Assembly (NCBI GenBank): GCA_029219205.1 | Contig: JAQXSY010000143.1 | Coordinates: 1 to 60,892 of the forward strand | DNA length: 60,892 nucleotides | Reading direction: 5' to 3' | Source: Bacillota bacterium | GTDB taxonomy: Bacteria > Bacillota > Clostridia > Oscillospirales > CAG-272 | Part shown: positions 47,055 to 56,707 of the stretch, one piece after another | Numbering within the stretch: the stretch's first letter is position 1 | How the letters are laid out: every line of letters starts with the position of its first letter | Position numbers and translations under genes: made by a program | Notes under the pieces: generated by a model | Databases searched by the model: none | What the model saw: only the letters and a program-made list of their open reading frames with translations | What the model was told of the DNA's origin: nothing

Positions 47055-48440
47055 ATGACAACTCCGATATTTGAAAAGCTTCACATAACCTCGCCCGTTT
47101 CAATAATTATTGTGTCGATAGCGTTAATGCTCATTGCGGGCTTTGCAGTTACGCGGATCACAAAGCGGCTTCGTCTGCCTGATGTGACCGCTTACATAAT
47201 AGCCGGTACCCTGATCGGTCCCTGCTGTCTGAATCTGATTCCCCGCGGGATCATATCCGGCATGGATTTTATCGCCGATATCGCTCTCGCGTTTATTGCG
47301 TTCAGCACGGGAGAATTTTTTAAAATCTCGGCATTAAGAAAAAACGGCGCCAAAGTCGCCGTCATAACCCTTCTGGAAGCCGGTCTTGCTTCCGCGGCGG
47401 TTTTTGCCGTCGCTTACCTTATCCTCGGGCTGGATTTCAGCTTCTCGATAGTCCTCGCCGCTCTGGCTTCCGCAACGGCTCCGGCTTCGACCATTATGAC
47501 AATACGTCAGACGCACTCGCGGGGCGACTTTGTCGAAACGCTGCTCCAGGTCGTCGCGCTTGACGACGTTGTCGGTCTCATTGCGTACAGCGTCGCAATC
47601 TCATTCGCGCTTGCGTCCTTCTCCGGAAGCACCGACGCAAATAATATTATCAAACCTCTGCTTATTAACGTAGCGGTTTTTGTACTCGGCGGAGTTTTCG
47701 GATTTCTGCTTAAGCTCCTGCTTCGCAAACGCTCAACGGATAACCGTCTGATAGTCCTGCTTGCGGTTTTGTTCTCGTTCTGCGGAATTTGCGCGGCGCT
47801 TGACGTGTCTCCGATTCTCGGCTGTATGTCTATGGGCCTGATCTATATAAATCTGACCGGCGACGATTTGCTGTTCAAGCAGCTGAATTATTTCAGCCCG
47901 CCGATACTGCTGCTGTTTTTCGTACGCTCCGGACTGAATTTCGATCTTGCCGCCTTAACCGACATTTCAGACTGCATAGGCGCAGTTCCTCTGATTTGGG
48001 TGGGCGTTATCTATTTCTTCGTACGAATTGCAGGTAAGTATTCCGGCGCATTTCTCGGGTGCCTGATTACAAAAAAAGACAAGTGCGTCAGAAATTACCT
48101 CGGTCTGGCGCTGGTGCCTCAGGCGGGAGTCGCGATCGGACTTGCGGCAATGGGCGCGCGCATTCTCGGCAGCGAGACCGGAAGCGCGCTTGAAACTATC
48201 ATTCTTGCCTCAAGCGTGCTCTATGAGCTTATCGGTCCCGCCTGCGCAAAGCTTTCGCTGTATCTTTCGGGATCGTATAAAAAGGACGCCGAACCGGCAA
48301 ACGCCGAGGCATCCTGTTTGGAAAATAACCCGCTTCAAAAAAGCAATTCGTCCGCACAGACAGACGACTCCGCGCCCGTTTTGGAAGAGTCTTCTCAGAA
48401 TATGCCAAAGGGCGAACTTCGGCCCAAAGTCCGCGGCTGA
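47055..48440 (+). CDS. cation:proton antiporter (CPA2-like Na+/H+ or K+/H+ exchanger)
   Basis: 461 aa with about 12 TM helices. RBS AGGAGG. Sodium/hydrogen-exchanger-like helices (e.g. ALASATAPASTIMTIRQ) and a hydrophilic C-terminal tail. Confidence 0.7.
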   Translation: MTTPIFEKLHITSPVSIIIVSIALMLIAGFAVTRITKRLRLPDVTAYIIAGTLIGPCCLNLIPRGIISGMDFIADIALAFIAFSTGEFFKISALRKNGAKVAVITLLEAGLASAAVFAVAYLILGLDFSFSIVLAALASATAPASTIMTIRQTHSRGDFVETLLQVVALDDVVGLIAYSVAISFALASFSGSTDANNIIKPLLINVAVFVLGGVFGFLLKLLLRKRSTDNRLIVLLAVLFSFCGICAALDVSPILGCMSMGLIYINLTGDDLLFKQLNYFSPPILLLFFVRSGLNFDLAALTDISDCIGAVPLIWVGVIYFFVRIAGKYSGAFLGCLITKKDKCVRNYLGLALVPQAGVAIGLAAMGARILGSETGSALETIILASSVLYELIGPACAKLSLYLSGSYKKDAEPANAEASCLENNPLQKSNSSAQTDDSAPVLEESSQNMPKGELRPKVRG

Positions 48441-48471
48441 GGCGGATTTATCACGGACGGGGAGGATGAGG

Positions 48472-49635
48472 TTACCGTATTCCTCCCGACGCGCCGTAGA
48501 AAGAATCTCTCAGACGCACATATTCTTCGCGCCGCGCTTTTGAAACATTTTCGGACAAATTGCGCCGCACTGCTCGTATCAGAAGATTTTTAGGAGTGTT
48601 CTCCGGGTCGGTAAGCTCAACCGCCGACACCTCGTAGCCCTCGCTTTCAAGGTAAAGGCATCTCAGTGCGTCGGTCAGCGCTTCGCTCATTTTCTGACGG
48701 AGCATGGACTGTTCCGCAAGACCGCCGAGCGCATTCCAGCCCGGAAGCTCTTTATCGTAGTGCCGGAAAAGCTCCTTGTGACAGCACGGCGTTGAAAGAA
48801 TAACCTTGGCGCGTTGTCTGACCGCCGTTTCAAGCACGATATCCGTCGCAATGTCGCAGGCGTGTAGAGACATCACAAGATGAGGCTGATTTTTGGTCTC
48901 AAGCTTTGAAATGTCGGCACAAATAAAATTCATACCGTCGTAACCGAGCTCTGAAGCGGTTTCGGAGCAGTATTGGATAACGTCCGGCTTGAGGTCAACC
49001 CCGGTCAGCTCGACTTTTTTTCCGCAGAGTTTTGTAAAATAATAATATACCGCAAAAGAAAGGTAGCTTTTTCCGCAGCAAAGATCAAGTATGCGCAGTT
49101 CGTTTTCGGGAAGCTGTGCGGAGATGTCTCTGACATATTCGAGAAAACGGTTTATCTGCCTGAATTTGGGCTGCTTTTTGTCATATACCCTGCCGTTTTC
49201 GTCGCATATTCCGAGCTTTTCCAAAAAATCACAGGGAACATTCTCCTTCAGAATGTGATTTTTTTCCTTGTTATGCGGTTCCGGAGCGGTCGCTTCGCCC
49301 TCGTTCGGCGCCGATGAAACAAACATTTTTCCGCCTTTTGAAATCTTCGCCTCACAGTCCCCTCCGGTCGTCATGAGGTTGAGCTGCCTGTATTGGTCCA
49401 TGAACGCTTCGCAAAGCGCGCTTGCCGCGGCAAGCGCGCTTATATTTGTCTGACGCGCTTTTCCGTCGGTATAAAACGTCTCGAGCCGGATTTGTTCGCC
49501 GTTTTCGCCGCCGATTCGCTTCGCCTCAGAGCGAATCACGCTTTTGTCCTTCGGCCTGCTCAGCACAAGCTTTTTGAATGTACTGCGTTCAAGCGAACGG
49601 CTGAGTATATTTAATAATTTTTCTTTCGGTTCCAT
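48472..49635 (-). CDS. class I SAM-dependent methyltransferase, substrate unknown
   Basis: Motif I ILDLCCGKSYLS, acidic loop VDLKPD and post-I/II motifs. The N-terminal domain of about 160 aa is unassigned. Confidence 0.6.
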   Translation of the reverse strand: MEPKEKLLNILSRSLERSTFKKLVLSRPKDKSVIRSEAKRIGGENGEQIRLETFYTDGKARQTNISALAAASALCEAFMDQYRQLNLMTTGGDCEAKISKGGKMFVSSAPNEGEATAPEPHNKEKNHILKENVPCDFLEKLGICDENGRVYDKKQPKFRQINRFLEYVRDISAQLPENELRILDLCCGKSYLSFAVYYYFTKLCGKKVELTGVDLKPDVIQYCSETASELGYDGMNFICADISKLETKNQPHLVMSLHACDIATDIVLETAVRQRAKVILSTPCCHKELFRHYDKELPGWNALGGLAEQSMLRQKMSEALTDALRCLYLESEGYEVSAVELTDPENTPKNLLIRAVRRNLSENVSKARREEYVRLRDSFYGASGGIR

Positions 49636-49761
49636 TTCATTTTCCCTCGGAATATGTTTTCATCTGTTGATTATTAAGCAATCAAAGGCTTTATAAGCGT
49701 ATTATAACATCAAATCGCTGGTTTGACAATATTTTTACTCTCCAAAAAGACGTTTACTCGC

Positions 49762-49790
49762 TTGACAAATCGGACAAACCGTGTTACACT
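49762..49790 (+). promoter_or_regulatory. sigma-A type promoter for the ZTP riboswitch-purH transcript
   Basis: TTGACA (49762-49767), 17 nt, TACACT (49785-49790). Confidence 0.55.
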
Positions 49791-49797
49791 GTAAGCA

Positions 49798-49938
49798 TAA
49801 GGCGCAACTGACGGAAAACGGACCGATTTTGTCCGCGGCGGAATCAACCGCAGGGAGCGCCGCTTCCGTGTGTTTTACAGCGCGGAATTCAGTGTCGACC
49901 GTCTGGGCTGTTTAAACCCGGATAAGGTCGGCTTTTTT
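49798..49938 (+). promoter_or_regulatory. ZTP (pfl motif) riboswitch with terminator expression platform
   Basis: 5' subdomain GGCGCAACUGACGGAAAAC...CAGGGAGCGCC (consensus GGGUCGUGACUGGCGAA...GGGAGCGACCC). 3' subdomain CGACCGUCUGGGC (consensus CCGCCUGGGC). A hairpin re-using CGACC with GGUCG is followed by UUUUUU (49933-49938). Located directly upstream of purH, the classic regulated gene. Confidence 0.8.
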
Positions 49939-49986
49939 CGTCTTACGGTAATATTTTTTAAATTATTCATAAGGAAGGAATCAATC

Positions 49987-51537
49987 ATGAAGAAACGTGC
50001 GATAATCAGTCTTTTCGACAAAACGGGCGCCGTTGAATTTGCAAAGGAGCTTGACGCTCTCGGCTATGAGATACTTTCAACCGGAGGCACAGCCAAGGCG
50101 ATAAGCGAAAGCGGCGTACCCGTAACGCAGGTCTCGGACGTAACCGGTTTCCCGGAATGTCTTGACGGAAGAGTCAAGACTCTGCATCCCATGATCCACG
50201 CGGGAATACTTGCCATCCGTGATAACAAAGAACACATGGCACAGCTTGAAAACTTAGGCGTCACTCCGGTGGATATTGTTGCAATCAATCTCTACCCGTT
50301 CAAGCAGACTGTGCTGAAGCCCGGCGTTTCTTTTGAGGAAGTCATAGAAAATATCGATATAGGCGGACCGACAATGCTCCGCGCCGCCGCAAAGAACTGG
50401 CAGGACGTTGCGGTCATCGTCGACCCGTCAGACTACGCAACGGTAACCAAAGAGCTGAAAGAAAACGGCGAAGTTTCGCGCGGCACCAAGCTCACGCTTG
50501 CCTACAAGGTTTTTGCACACACCTCAGCATACGATACGCTTATCGCGTCCTATCTTCGTGAAAAATCCGGCGCGACAGTGTTCGGAGACACCTTCACAAT
50601 GACCTATGAAAAGGTTCAGGATATGCGCTACGGCGAAAATCCCCATCAAAAAGCCGCGTTCTACAAAGAAATCGGAAACGGCTTCACAGGAACCCTTGTC
50701 TGCGCAAAGCAGCTTCACGGCAAAGAGCTTTCCTATAACAACATCAACGATACAAACGGTGCGCTCGACGCGCTCAAGGAATTTTCGGACACGCCCTGCG
50801 TCGTCGCGGTCAAGCACGCCAATCCCTGCGGCGTCGGAACCGCAGACAATATCTACGATGCCTATATGAAAGCGTATAACGCGGATCCTGTCTCGATTTA
50901 CGGCGGCATAGTCGCAGCGAACCGCGAGATCGACGCCAAAACTGCGGAGGAAATCGCAAAAATATTCCTAGAGATCGTAATCGCACCTTCCTTCACTCCG
51001 GAAGCGCTCGAAATCATCGAACGTAAAAAGAACATACGCGTCCTTGTTCTTCCGGATATCGCAAAGCCGAACCGTTCCGACATGCTCGACATGAAGAAGG
51101 TTGCCGGCGGTCTGCTCATTCAGGAGCTTAACACAGAGCTTTACGAAGACGGCGACATAAAGGTCGTAACCGTCGCACAGCCGGACGAAAAGCAGCTTGA
51201 GGATATGAAGTTCGGCATGAAAGTCGTCAAGCACACAAAATCCAACGGCATTGTTCTGGTAAAAGACGGCGCGACGGTCGGCGTCGGCCCCGGACAGACA
51301 AATCGCATAACGGCGCTTGAACTTGCAATAAAGTACGCCGGAGACAAAGCAAAAGGCTCGATTCTCGCTTCCGACGCCTTCTTCCCCTTCGACGACTGCG
51401 TTGAAGCGGCGCACAAAGCCGGAATTGCGGCAATTGTACAGCCCGGCGGCTCTATCCGCGACGAGGACAGCATAAATGCCTGCAACAGATACGGCATACC
51501 TATGGTGTTCACCGGAAAGCGTCACTTCAAGCACTGA
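49987..51537 (+). CDS. purH: bifunctional AICAR transformylase / IMP cyclohydrolase
   Basis: [22 protein letters not shown] (MGS-like domain) and the C-terminal AICARFT domain ending FTGKRHFKH. Start at ATG 49987 (AAGGAAGG upstream), not the track's 49870, which would run through the riboswitch terminator. Confidence 0.95.
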   Translation: MKKRAIISLFDKTGAVEFAKELDALGYEILSTGGTAKAISESGVPVTQVSDVTGFPECLDGRVKTLHPMIHAGILAIRDNKEHMAQLENLGVTPVDIVAINLYPFKQTVLKPGVSFEEVIENIDIGGPTMLRAAAKNWQDVAVIVDPSDYATVTKELKENGEVSRGTKLTLAYKVFAHTSAYDTLIASYLREKSGATVFGDTFTMTYEKVQDMRYGENPHQKAAFYKEIGNGFTGTLVCAKQLHGKELSYNNINDTNGALDALKEFSDTPCVVAVKHANPCGVGTADNIYDAYMKAYNADPVSIYGGIVAANREIDAKTAEEIAKIFLEIVIAPSFTPEALEIIERKKNIRVLVLPDIAKPNRSDMLDMKKVAGGLLIQELNTELYEDGDIKVVTVAQPDEKQLEDMKFGMKVVKHTKSNGIVLVKDGATVGVGPGQTNRITALELAIKYAGDKAKGSILASDAFFPFDDCVEAAHKAGIAAIVQPGGSIRDEDSINACNRYGIPMVFTGKRHFKH

Positions 51538-52211
51538 TGAAAAAATATTCGTCAGCCATTTCGGTAACCGCGACGGTTATCGCCGCCTGTGCCGTTATGG
51601 CGGTCGTGGACGGCGTATGGAAGCCGGGTTATCTGGTAAAATCGCTGATTAAGTTTGCGCTTTTTGTCGGTATCCCCGCTGCATACGCTATTGTGTCAAA
51701 GCAAAAAAGGCTCTGGACCCGGCGTCTGACTTTAAAGCAGTCGGTACTGTTTCCGATTGCCGGAGCAGCGGTCTGCGCACTGATAATCGGGACGTATTTT
51801 GCCCTGGAAAATGTAATCGACCTGTCAGCCGTCACCGGAAAAATGGCGGAGGACGCCGGAGTAAACCGCGGTAATTATATTTTTGTCGCTTTCTATATCG
51901 CGCTGTGCAATTCGCTGCTTGAAGAATTTTTCTTCAGAGGCTACGCATTCCTGCATATGAAAACGCTCGTCTCGCCGCGGTACGCATACTTTTTCAGCGC
52001 AGCGGCATTCTCGCTTTATCACGGGGCGATGCTCGCAGGCTGGTTCAGCTGGATCCTGTTCGCGCTCGTTCTCGCCGCCCTTGCCGCAGCCGGTCTGCTC
52101 TTTGAATGGATTGACGAAAAGTTCGAATCGATTATACCGTCGTGGACAGTGCATATGTTCGCAAACCTCGCTATTAATATTATCGGATATATTCTGCTGC
52201 AAAAAAGCTGA
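51537..52211 (+). CDS. CPBP family intramembrane glutamic endopeptidase (CAAX protease-like)
   Basis: EEFFFRGY (EExxxR), FSLYHG (FxxxH) and HMFAN motifs in successive TM helices. The start overlaps the purH stop. Confidence 0.8.
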   Translation: MKKYSSAISVTATVIAACAVMAVVDGVWKPGYLVKSLIKFALFVGIPAAYAIVSKQKRLWTRRLTLKQSVLFPIAGAAVCALIIGTYFALENVIDLSAVTGKMAEDAGVNRGNYIFVAFYIALCNSLLEEFFFRGYAFLHMKTLVSPRYAYFFSAAAFSLYHGAMLAGWFSWILFALVLAALAAAGLLFEWIDEKFESIIPSWTVHMFANLAINIIGYILLQKS

Positions 52212-52212
52212 A

Positions 52213-52259
52213 AAATGCGGTGTGCCGGCAACAAACTCCGCCAGGCATGCCGCATTTTT
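52213..52259 (+). terminator. rho-independent terminator after purH-CPBP
   Basis: 14-bp stem AAATGCGGTGTGCC/GGCATGCCGCATTT (two G-U pairs) followed by a T-run. Confidence 0.75.
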
Positions 52260-52329
52260 GTCTTTGCGCTTTATTTATTAATATTTATGATATATAATAA
52301 ATTGTAATAAAAAGAAAGCGGTACAGACC

Positions 52330-53052
52330 ATGCTGAAGCTTAACGAATACTGCATAGCGGCTCCGGTCGGGCGCGAGCTTTGTTTTGCGTTCGTATCCGA
52401 CCTGCACGACGCCGAAAACGAACCGATTCTGGCTGCAATAAAAAAAAGCGGCGCAAAAGCGGTGCTCGCTGCCGGAGATGTCATACATGACAGCCTGCTT
52501 TTTGAAAGGGGAATTGAGTTTTTAAGGCGTTCTGCCGAGCTTTATCCGACATTCTGTTCCCTCGGAAATCATGAGATGAAGTTCGACGGAGACATACGAA
52601 CGCTCATACTCGGCACCGGAGCGGTTCTTCTCGACAACAGCTGGTACGAATACGGCGGAATAATTATCGGAGGGCTGACGTCCGGCTATAAAAACGAAGC
52701 GGATCAGGGAAACACAAAGGAAACGCCGCCTCCGGATTTGACTTTTCTGAAAAAATTCGCGTCTCTCGGCGGATTCAAGCTCCTGCTCTGCCACCACCCG
52801 GAATACTTTGACAAATACATAAAAAACCTTGACGTAGGGCTCACGCTGTCCGGTCACGCACACGGAGGTCAGTGGCGTTTTTTCGGACGAGGCTTATTTT
52901 CACCGGGTCAGGGACTGTTTCCGAAATACACCTCGGGGCTTTATTGCGGAAAGCTGATCGTCGGGCGCGGAATTGGAAATCCGCAGCTGATTCCGCGAAT
53001 AAACAATCCTCCGGAGGTAATTCTGGTAAGACTGATACCGGAGCGAGGCTGA
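52330..53052 (+). CDS. metallophosphoesterase (calcineurin-like)
   Basis: The signature series SDLHD, GDVIHD, GNHE, CHHPE and GHAHGG. Confidence 0.8.
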   Translation: MLKLNEYCIAAPVGRELCFAFVSDLHDAENEPILAAIKKSGAKAVLAAGDVIHDSLLFERGIEFLRRSAELYPTFCSLGNHEMKFDGDIRTLILGTGAVLLDNSWYEYGGIIIGGLTSGYKNEADQGNTKETPPPDLTFLKKFASLGGFKLLLCHHPEYFDKYIKNLDVGLTLSGHAHGGQWRFFGRGLFSPGQGLFPKYTSGLYCGKLIVGRGIGNPQLIPRINNPPEVILVRLIPERG

Positions 53053-53091
53053 GCTTTTTATGCTTTTTCGGAAAAAATCCGCGTCCGCCAC

Positions 53092-53120
53092 TTGACAATT
53101 TACAGAAAACAAGTTATACT
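53092..53120 (+). promoter_or_regulatory. sigma-A type promoter of rpsF-ssb-rpsR
   Basis: TTGACA (53092-53097), 17 nt, TATACT (53115-53120). This leaves a 5' UTR of about 100 nt. Confidence 0.6.
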
Positions 53121-53228
53121 TATTAGGTTGGAAACTATTGTTTGCGGATTACATCCGGAAACTGTGTTTTCTCCTTACTGCCGGAAATTTTTAACCGGCG
53201 GTCTGATGTCCATAAGGAGGTGTAAAAA

Positions 53229-53525
53229 ATGGAAAAAATCTGCTCATCCTATGAAACGATTTTTGTCGTTGACCTGCAGCCCGGCGAAGAGGCTGTTAAA
53301 GCGGTTGTCGAGAAGTTCACTTCTCTTATCGCTGAAAACGGTACAATTTCCGAGGTTAACGAGTGGGGTAAACGTAAGCTTGCTTATCCCATAAACGACC
53401 AGCCCGAGGGTTACTACGTGCTCGTAAAATTCACGTCGCCCGCGGAATTCCCGGCTGAGCTTGAACGTATCTACAAGATTACCGACGGTATTATGCGTTC
53501 AATAGTCGTTAAAGTCGAAGAGTAA
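53229..53525 (+). CDS. rpsF: 30S ribosomal protein S6
   Basis: YETIFVVDLQPGEE...WGKRKLAYPI motifs, 98 aa. Confidence 0.95.
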   Translation: MEKICSSYETIFVVDLQPGEEAVKAVVEKFTSLIAENGTISEVNEWGKRKLAYPINDQPEGYYVLVKFTSPAEFPAELERIYKITDGIMRSIVVKVEE

Positions 53526-53548
53526 TCGGAAGAAAGGAGGCTTTTATC

Positions 53549-54031
53549 ATGGCAAATTTAAATCTGAACAAAGTTATACTGGCCGGAAGGCTCACCGCCG
53601 ATCCGGAGCTTAAGCAGACTCAGTCCGGTATACCCGTTATTTCCGCGACAGTCGCCGTTAACAGAAGATATGTTAAGCAGGGCGAAGATCAGAGCCAGCA
53701 GCAGACCGCTGATTTTATAAACATAGTTGCCTGGAGACAGACCGCAGAGTTTATCTCGCGCTATTTCCGCAAGGGCAGCTCCATCTGCGTCACCGGTTCT
53801 ATCCAGGTCAGAACTTGGACAGATCAGCAGAACCAGAAACGCTATTCCACCGAGGTCGTTGTTGACGAAGCGATGTTCGTTGATGCAAAGGGCGAAAATG
53901 CAGCTGCGGGAGGACAATCCGCTTACGGTTCAAATGCGCCGGATAATTATTCAGCCCCCTCATTCTCAGGTACGCAGTCGGCAGCCCCGAAATTCGAAGA
54001 GCTGTCAAACGACGACGATCTTCCGTTCTGA
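53549..54031 (+). CDS. ssb: single-stranded DNA-binding protein
   Basis: OB-fold N-terminus [21 protein letters not shown], a Gly/Gln/Ala-rich linker and an acidic C-terminal tip DDDLPF. Confidence 0.95.
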   Translation: MANLNLNKVILAGRLTADPELKQTQSGIPVISATVAVNRRYVKQGEDQSQQQTADFINIVAWRQTAEFISRYFRKGSSICVTGSIQVRTWTDQQNQKRYSTEVVVDEAMFVDAKGENAAAGGQSAYGSNAPDNYSAPSFSGTQSAAPKFEELSNDDDLPF

Positions 54032-54069
54032 GTGAAGATCAAAAAAATCATTACAGGAGGTTTCATATC

Positions 54070-54342
54070 ATGGATAGCGAAAAGGAAGTCCAGCAGCAGG
54101 CTCAGCAGAAACCTGCGCGTCCCGTACGCACAAACAGACGCAGAAAAGTATGCCAGTTCTGCGCAGATAAAATCGAACACATCGATTACAAGGACACTGT
54201 CAGACTCCGCAAGTGCATAAGCGAACGTGCAAAGATCCTTCCCAGAAGAATCACCGGCACCTGCGCAAAGCATCAGCGTCAGCTTACGATTGCGATCAAG
54301 CGCGCGCGTCATATCGCGCTTCTGCCTTATATCAGCGACTAA
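54070..54342 (+). CDS. rpsR: 30S ribosomal protein S18
   Basis: [15 protein letters not shown]...[25 protein letters not shown] motifs. Confidence 0.95.
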   Translation: MDSEKEVQQQAQQKPARPVRTNRRRKVCQFCADKIEHIDYKDTVRLRKCISERAKILPRRITGTCAKHQRQLTIAIKRARHIALLPYISD

Positions 54343-54351
54343 GCATAAAAA

Positions 54352-54388
54352 ACAAAAAAGGGAGACTGTTTCGGTCTCCCTTTTTTTC
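54352..54388. terminator. bidirectional rho-independent terminator between rpsR and the convergent ABC ATPase gene
   Basis: GGGAGACTG/CGGTCTCCC stem with a 3-nt loop, an A-run upstream and T7 downstream. The ABC gene stop is 4 nt away. Confidence 0.8.
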
Positions 54389-54391
54389 TTA

Positions 54392-55069
54392 TCAGGTTTC
54401 CTTTATTTTCTCAAGAACGCCTCCCGTCATAAGGAAACGGCGGTCCGCGCGTTCCGCAACTTTTTCATCGTGCGTAACAATAACCAGAGTCTGACCGAGC
54501 GTTTTTCTCGTCCTGACAAGAAGCTCAATCAGCTCGTCTGCCGACTCACGGTCGAGATTTCCGGTCGGTTCGTCCGCAAAAAGTATCTCCGGCTTATTTA
54601 TCAGCGCCCTTGCCACGGCAACGCGCTGCTGCTGACCTCCGGACATCTCGGACGGAAGATGATGTATTCGGTCGGAGATTCCGAGAAGCTCCGTAAGCTC
54701 GTCAAAATACCGTATGTCCTGTTCTCTGTTTGCAATAAGCTGAGGCATAAGTATGTTTTCCTTCGCCGTCAGTGCCGGAAGCAGGTTAAAACTCTGAAAA
54801 ATAAACCCCACCTTGCGGCTTCTGAAGGCGGACGCGGCCTTGTCGCCGAGAGAGTATATGTCTGTGTCGTCAATAAAAACTTTACCCGAAGTCGGACGGT
54901 CAAGTCCCGCAAGCATATGGAGAAGCGTGGATTTTCCGGAGCCCGACGCCCCGATAATAGATAAGAACTCTCCTCTTTCAACTTTTAAACTGCACCTGTC
55001 GACTGCAACTATATGCGTATCTCCCTGAAAATAGGTTTTCGTCAGATCCGTACTCTGCAAAAGGCTCAT
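54392..55069 (-). CDS. ABC transporter ATP-binding protein (MacB/LolD/FtsE-like subfamily), no cognate permease gene present
   Basis: Walker A GASGSGKST, Q-loop, signature SGGQQQRVAVARAL, Walker B ILFADEPTGNLD and an H-loop. Its start overlaps the upstream ORF stop by 4 nt. Confidence 0.9.
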   Translation of the reverse strand: MSLLQSTDLTKTYFQGDTHIVAVDRCSLKVERGEFLSIIGASGSGKSTLLHMLAGLDRPTSGKVFIDDTDIYSLGDKAASAFRSRKVGFIFQSFNLLPALTAKENILMPQLIANREQDIRYFDELTELLGISDRIHHLPSEMSGGQQQRVAVARALINKPEILFADEPTGNLDRESADELIELLVRTRKTLGQTLVIVTHDEKVAERADRRFLMTGGVLEKIKET

Positions 55070-55962
55070 TTTACGTTTCCTTTACAATTAGATTTGAATT
55101 TAAAACCGAATCTCTTTTTAAGCGCGCCCGCCGAACAGGCGCCGATACATTTTCCGCAGCGTATGCATTCTGCGGAATCCGGCGTCTTTGAGATGTCAAG
55201 TCCCATCGGACAAACTTCCGAGCACCTGCCGCAACCGACGCATTTCGACTTGTCCAGCTCGTATCCGTACAGCGAAAACGCGTTAAACATTCCGTAAAGT
55301 GCGCCGAGCGGGCATAAATAGCGGCAGAACGGACGGTACACAATCAAAGACAGTATGACAATCGCCGCAAGCACAGCCGTTTTAAAAACAAAAAGCCAAC
55401 CGGCAGCGCTTCTTATGCCTTCGTCCAAAGTCACCCACCAAATTCCTCCGAAAAGCGTTCCGGACGGACAAATGTACTTACAGAACCACGGTATTCCCTG
55501 CCCGATAACGTCTGCGGCGAGCGCCGGAAGCAGCAGTACGAACAAAATCAGTATAACGTACTTAAGCCGTCTGAGGATACGGTCGCCCGGAACACGTCGA
55601 ATTTTTTTAATGAACGGAATCTTGAAGATCAGCCCCTGAAGTGCGCCGAACGGACAGAGCCAGCCGCATATAAACCTTCCCAGAAGCGCACCGAAAAGAA
55701 CAATCAGACCTGCGGCATAAAGCGAAAAGCTGAAAGCACGGTGCCCCGCGACCGCCTGCAGCGCTCCGATGGGACACGAGCCGAGCGCCCCCGGGCATGA
55801 ATAACAGTTCAGCCCCGGCACGCAAACGCTTTTCAGCCCGCCCGAATAGAGCTTGCCTCCGAAATAACCGGGAAGATATCCGTTTGTAACCGCAAAATAC
55901 CCGAGCTGCATTATCGAGCGGGCGTGTTTTTTCAGCTTCGAAGCAATCTTTTTCTCAGCCAA
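55066..55962 (-). CDS. polytopic 4Fe-4S cluster-binding membrane protein (NapH/MauN/YccM-like)
   Basis: 298 aa, TTG start. Cys motifs [27 protein letters not shown] and CPLGALYG, plus C-terminal ferredoxin motifs [12 protein letters not shown] and [11 protein letters not shown], interleaved with TM helices. Confidence 0.8.
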   Translation of the reverse strand: MAEKKIASKLKKHARSIMQLGYFAVTNGYLPGYFGGKLYSGGLKSVCVPGLNCYSCPGALGSCPIGALQAVAGHRAFSFSLYAAGLIVLFGALLGRFICGWLCPFGALQGLIFKIPFIKKIRRVPGDRILRRLKYVILILFVLLLPALAADVIGQGIPWFCKYICPSGTLFGGIWWVTLDEGIRSAAGWLFVFKTAVLAAIVILSLIVYRPFCRYLCPLGALYGMFNAFSLYGYELDKSKCVGCGRCSEVCPMGLDISKTPDSAECIRCGKCIGACSAGALKKRFGFKFKSNCKGNVK

Positions 55963-56101
55963 TTCCGATGCACTCCAAACATATATGCGCCGCCTTGGTC
56001 AGGACAACTGCGGCCTCTCCGCGCCAAAGCCCCAAAACCGTCATCGCCGCTCCGCAAATCAGCGCGGCAATAAACAGCATTCCCTTTATTCTCGGCTTCA
56101 T
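55955..56101 (-). CDS. 48-aa membrane micro-protein with C-terminal CxxC (resembles proteins annotated as CD1871A-family CXXC motif proteins)
   Basis: Not in the supplied ORF track. The minus strand encodes [48 protein letters not shown]. Its ATG overlaps the TlpA-like stop (ATGA) and its stop overlaps the TTG start of the 4Fe-4S ORF, so it fills the only gap in the operon. Confidence 0.6.
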   Translation of the reverse strand: MKPRIKGMLFIAALICGAAMTVLGLWRGEAAVVLTKAAHICLECIGIG

Positions 56102-56703
56102 TTCGCCAGAATACTGCGGATTATCTCGGACCAGTCCTCATAGGACCGCGCGCCCACGTAAGGTTTTCCGATAAGATTTCCGTTTTTGTCCACAAAAAAC
56201 GTCGTCGGAATTGCGTACGTGTCTCCGATGACAGTGCCGTTCAGAGAATCCGAAAACAGCAGGTGAGTATAGTTCGCTCCCGTCTGTGCGATAATATCGG
56301 CAACCTCCGACGCAACGTCACTGGGAAACGTATCTCCGCTCTTTTTATCAACAATAACTCCGATCAGGTTTACCGTGCTCCCGTCGTATTCGTCGGCAAT
56401 CCTGCCAAGGTCAGGCATCTCTGCAAGGCACGGACTGCAGTATGTTCCCCAACAGTTCACAAGAGTCAGCTCCGCATTCCCAAACACTGCTTCGGTAACC
56501 ACTTTTCCGTTCACGTCAAACGCTTTAAAGCTTCCGAAGCTTTCGGCGTTTATGGCGTCCTCAGATCTTTTTTCGTCTGCGGCGCAGCCCGCGAAAAGCG
56601 AAAGCAAAATCAGCGCAAGCATACCGACGGCCGCTTTTTGAATTGTCCTTTTAGAAAGATATTTCACTTTTCCGTCCCCCCGTTTGTCAATTTTTATCTG
56701 CAA
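56098..56703 (-). CDS. TlpA/ResA-like thiol-disulfide oxidoreductase, probable lipoprotein
   Basis: Lipobox-like LLSLFAGC after a signal anchor. Thioredoxin fold with the active site WGTYCSPC. Confidence 0.85.
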   Translation of the reverse strand: MQIKIDKRGDGKVKYLSKRTIQKAAVGMLALILLSLFAGCAADEKRSEDAINAESFGSFKAFDVNGKVVTEAVFGNAELTLVNCWGTYCSPCLAEMPDLGRIADEYDGSTVNLIGVIVDKKSGDTFPSDVASEVADIIAQTGANYTHLLFSDSLNGTVIGDTYAIPTTFFVDKNGNLIGKPYVGARSYEDWSEIIRSILAK

Positions 56704-56707
56704 AACG

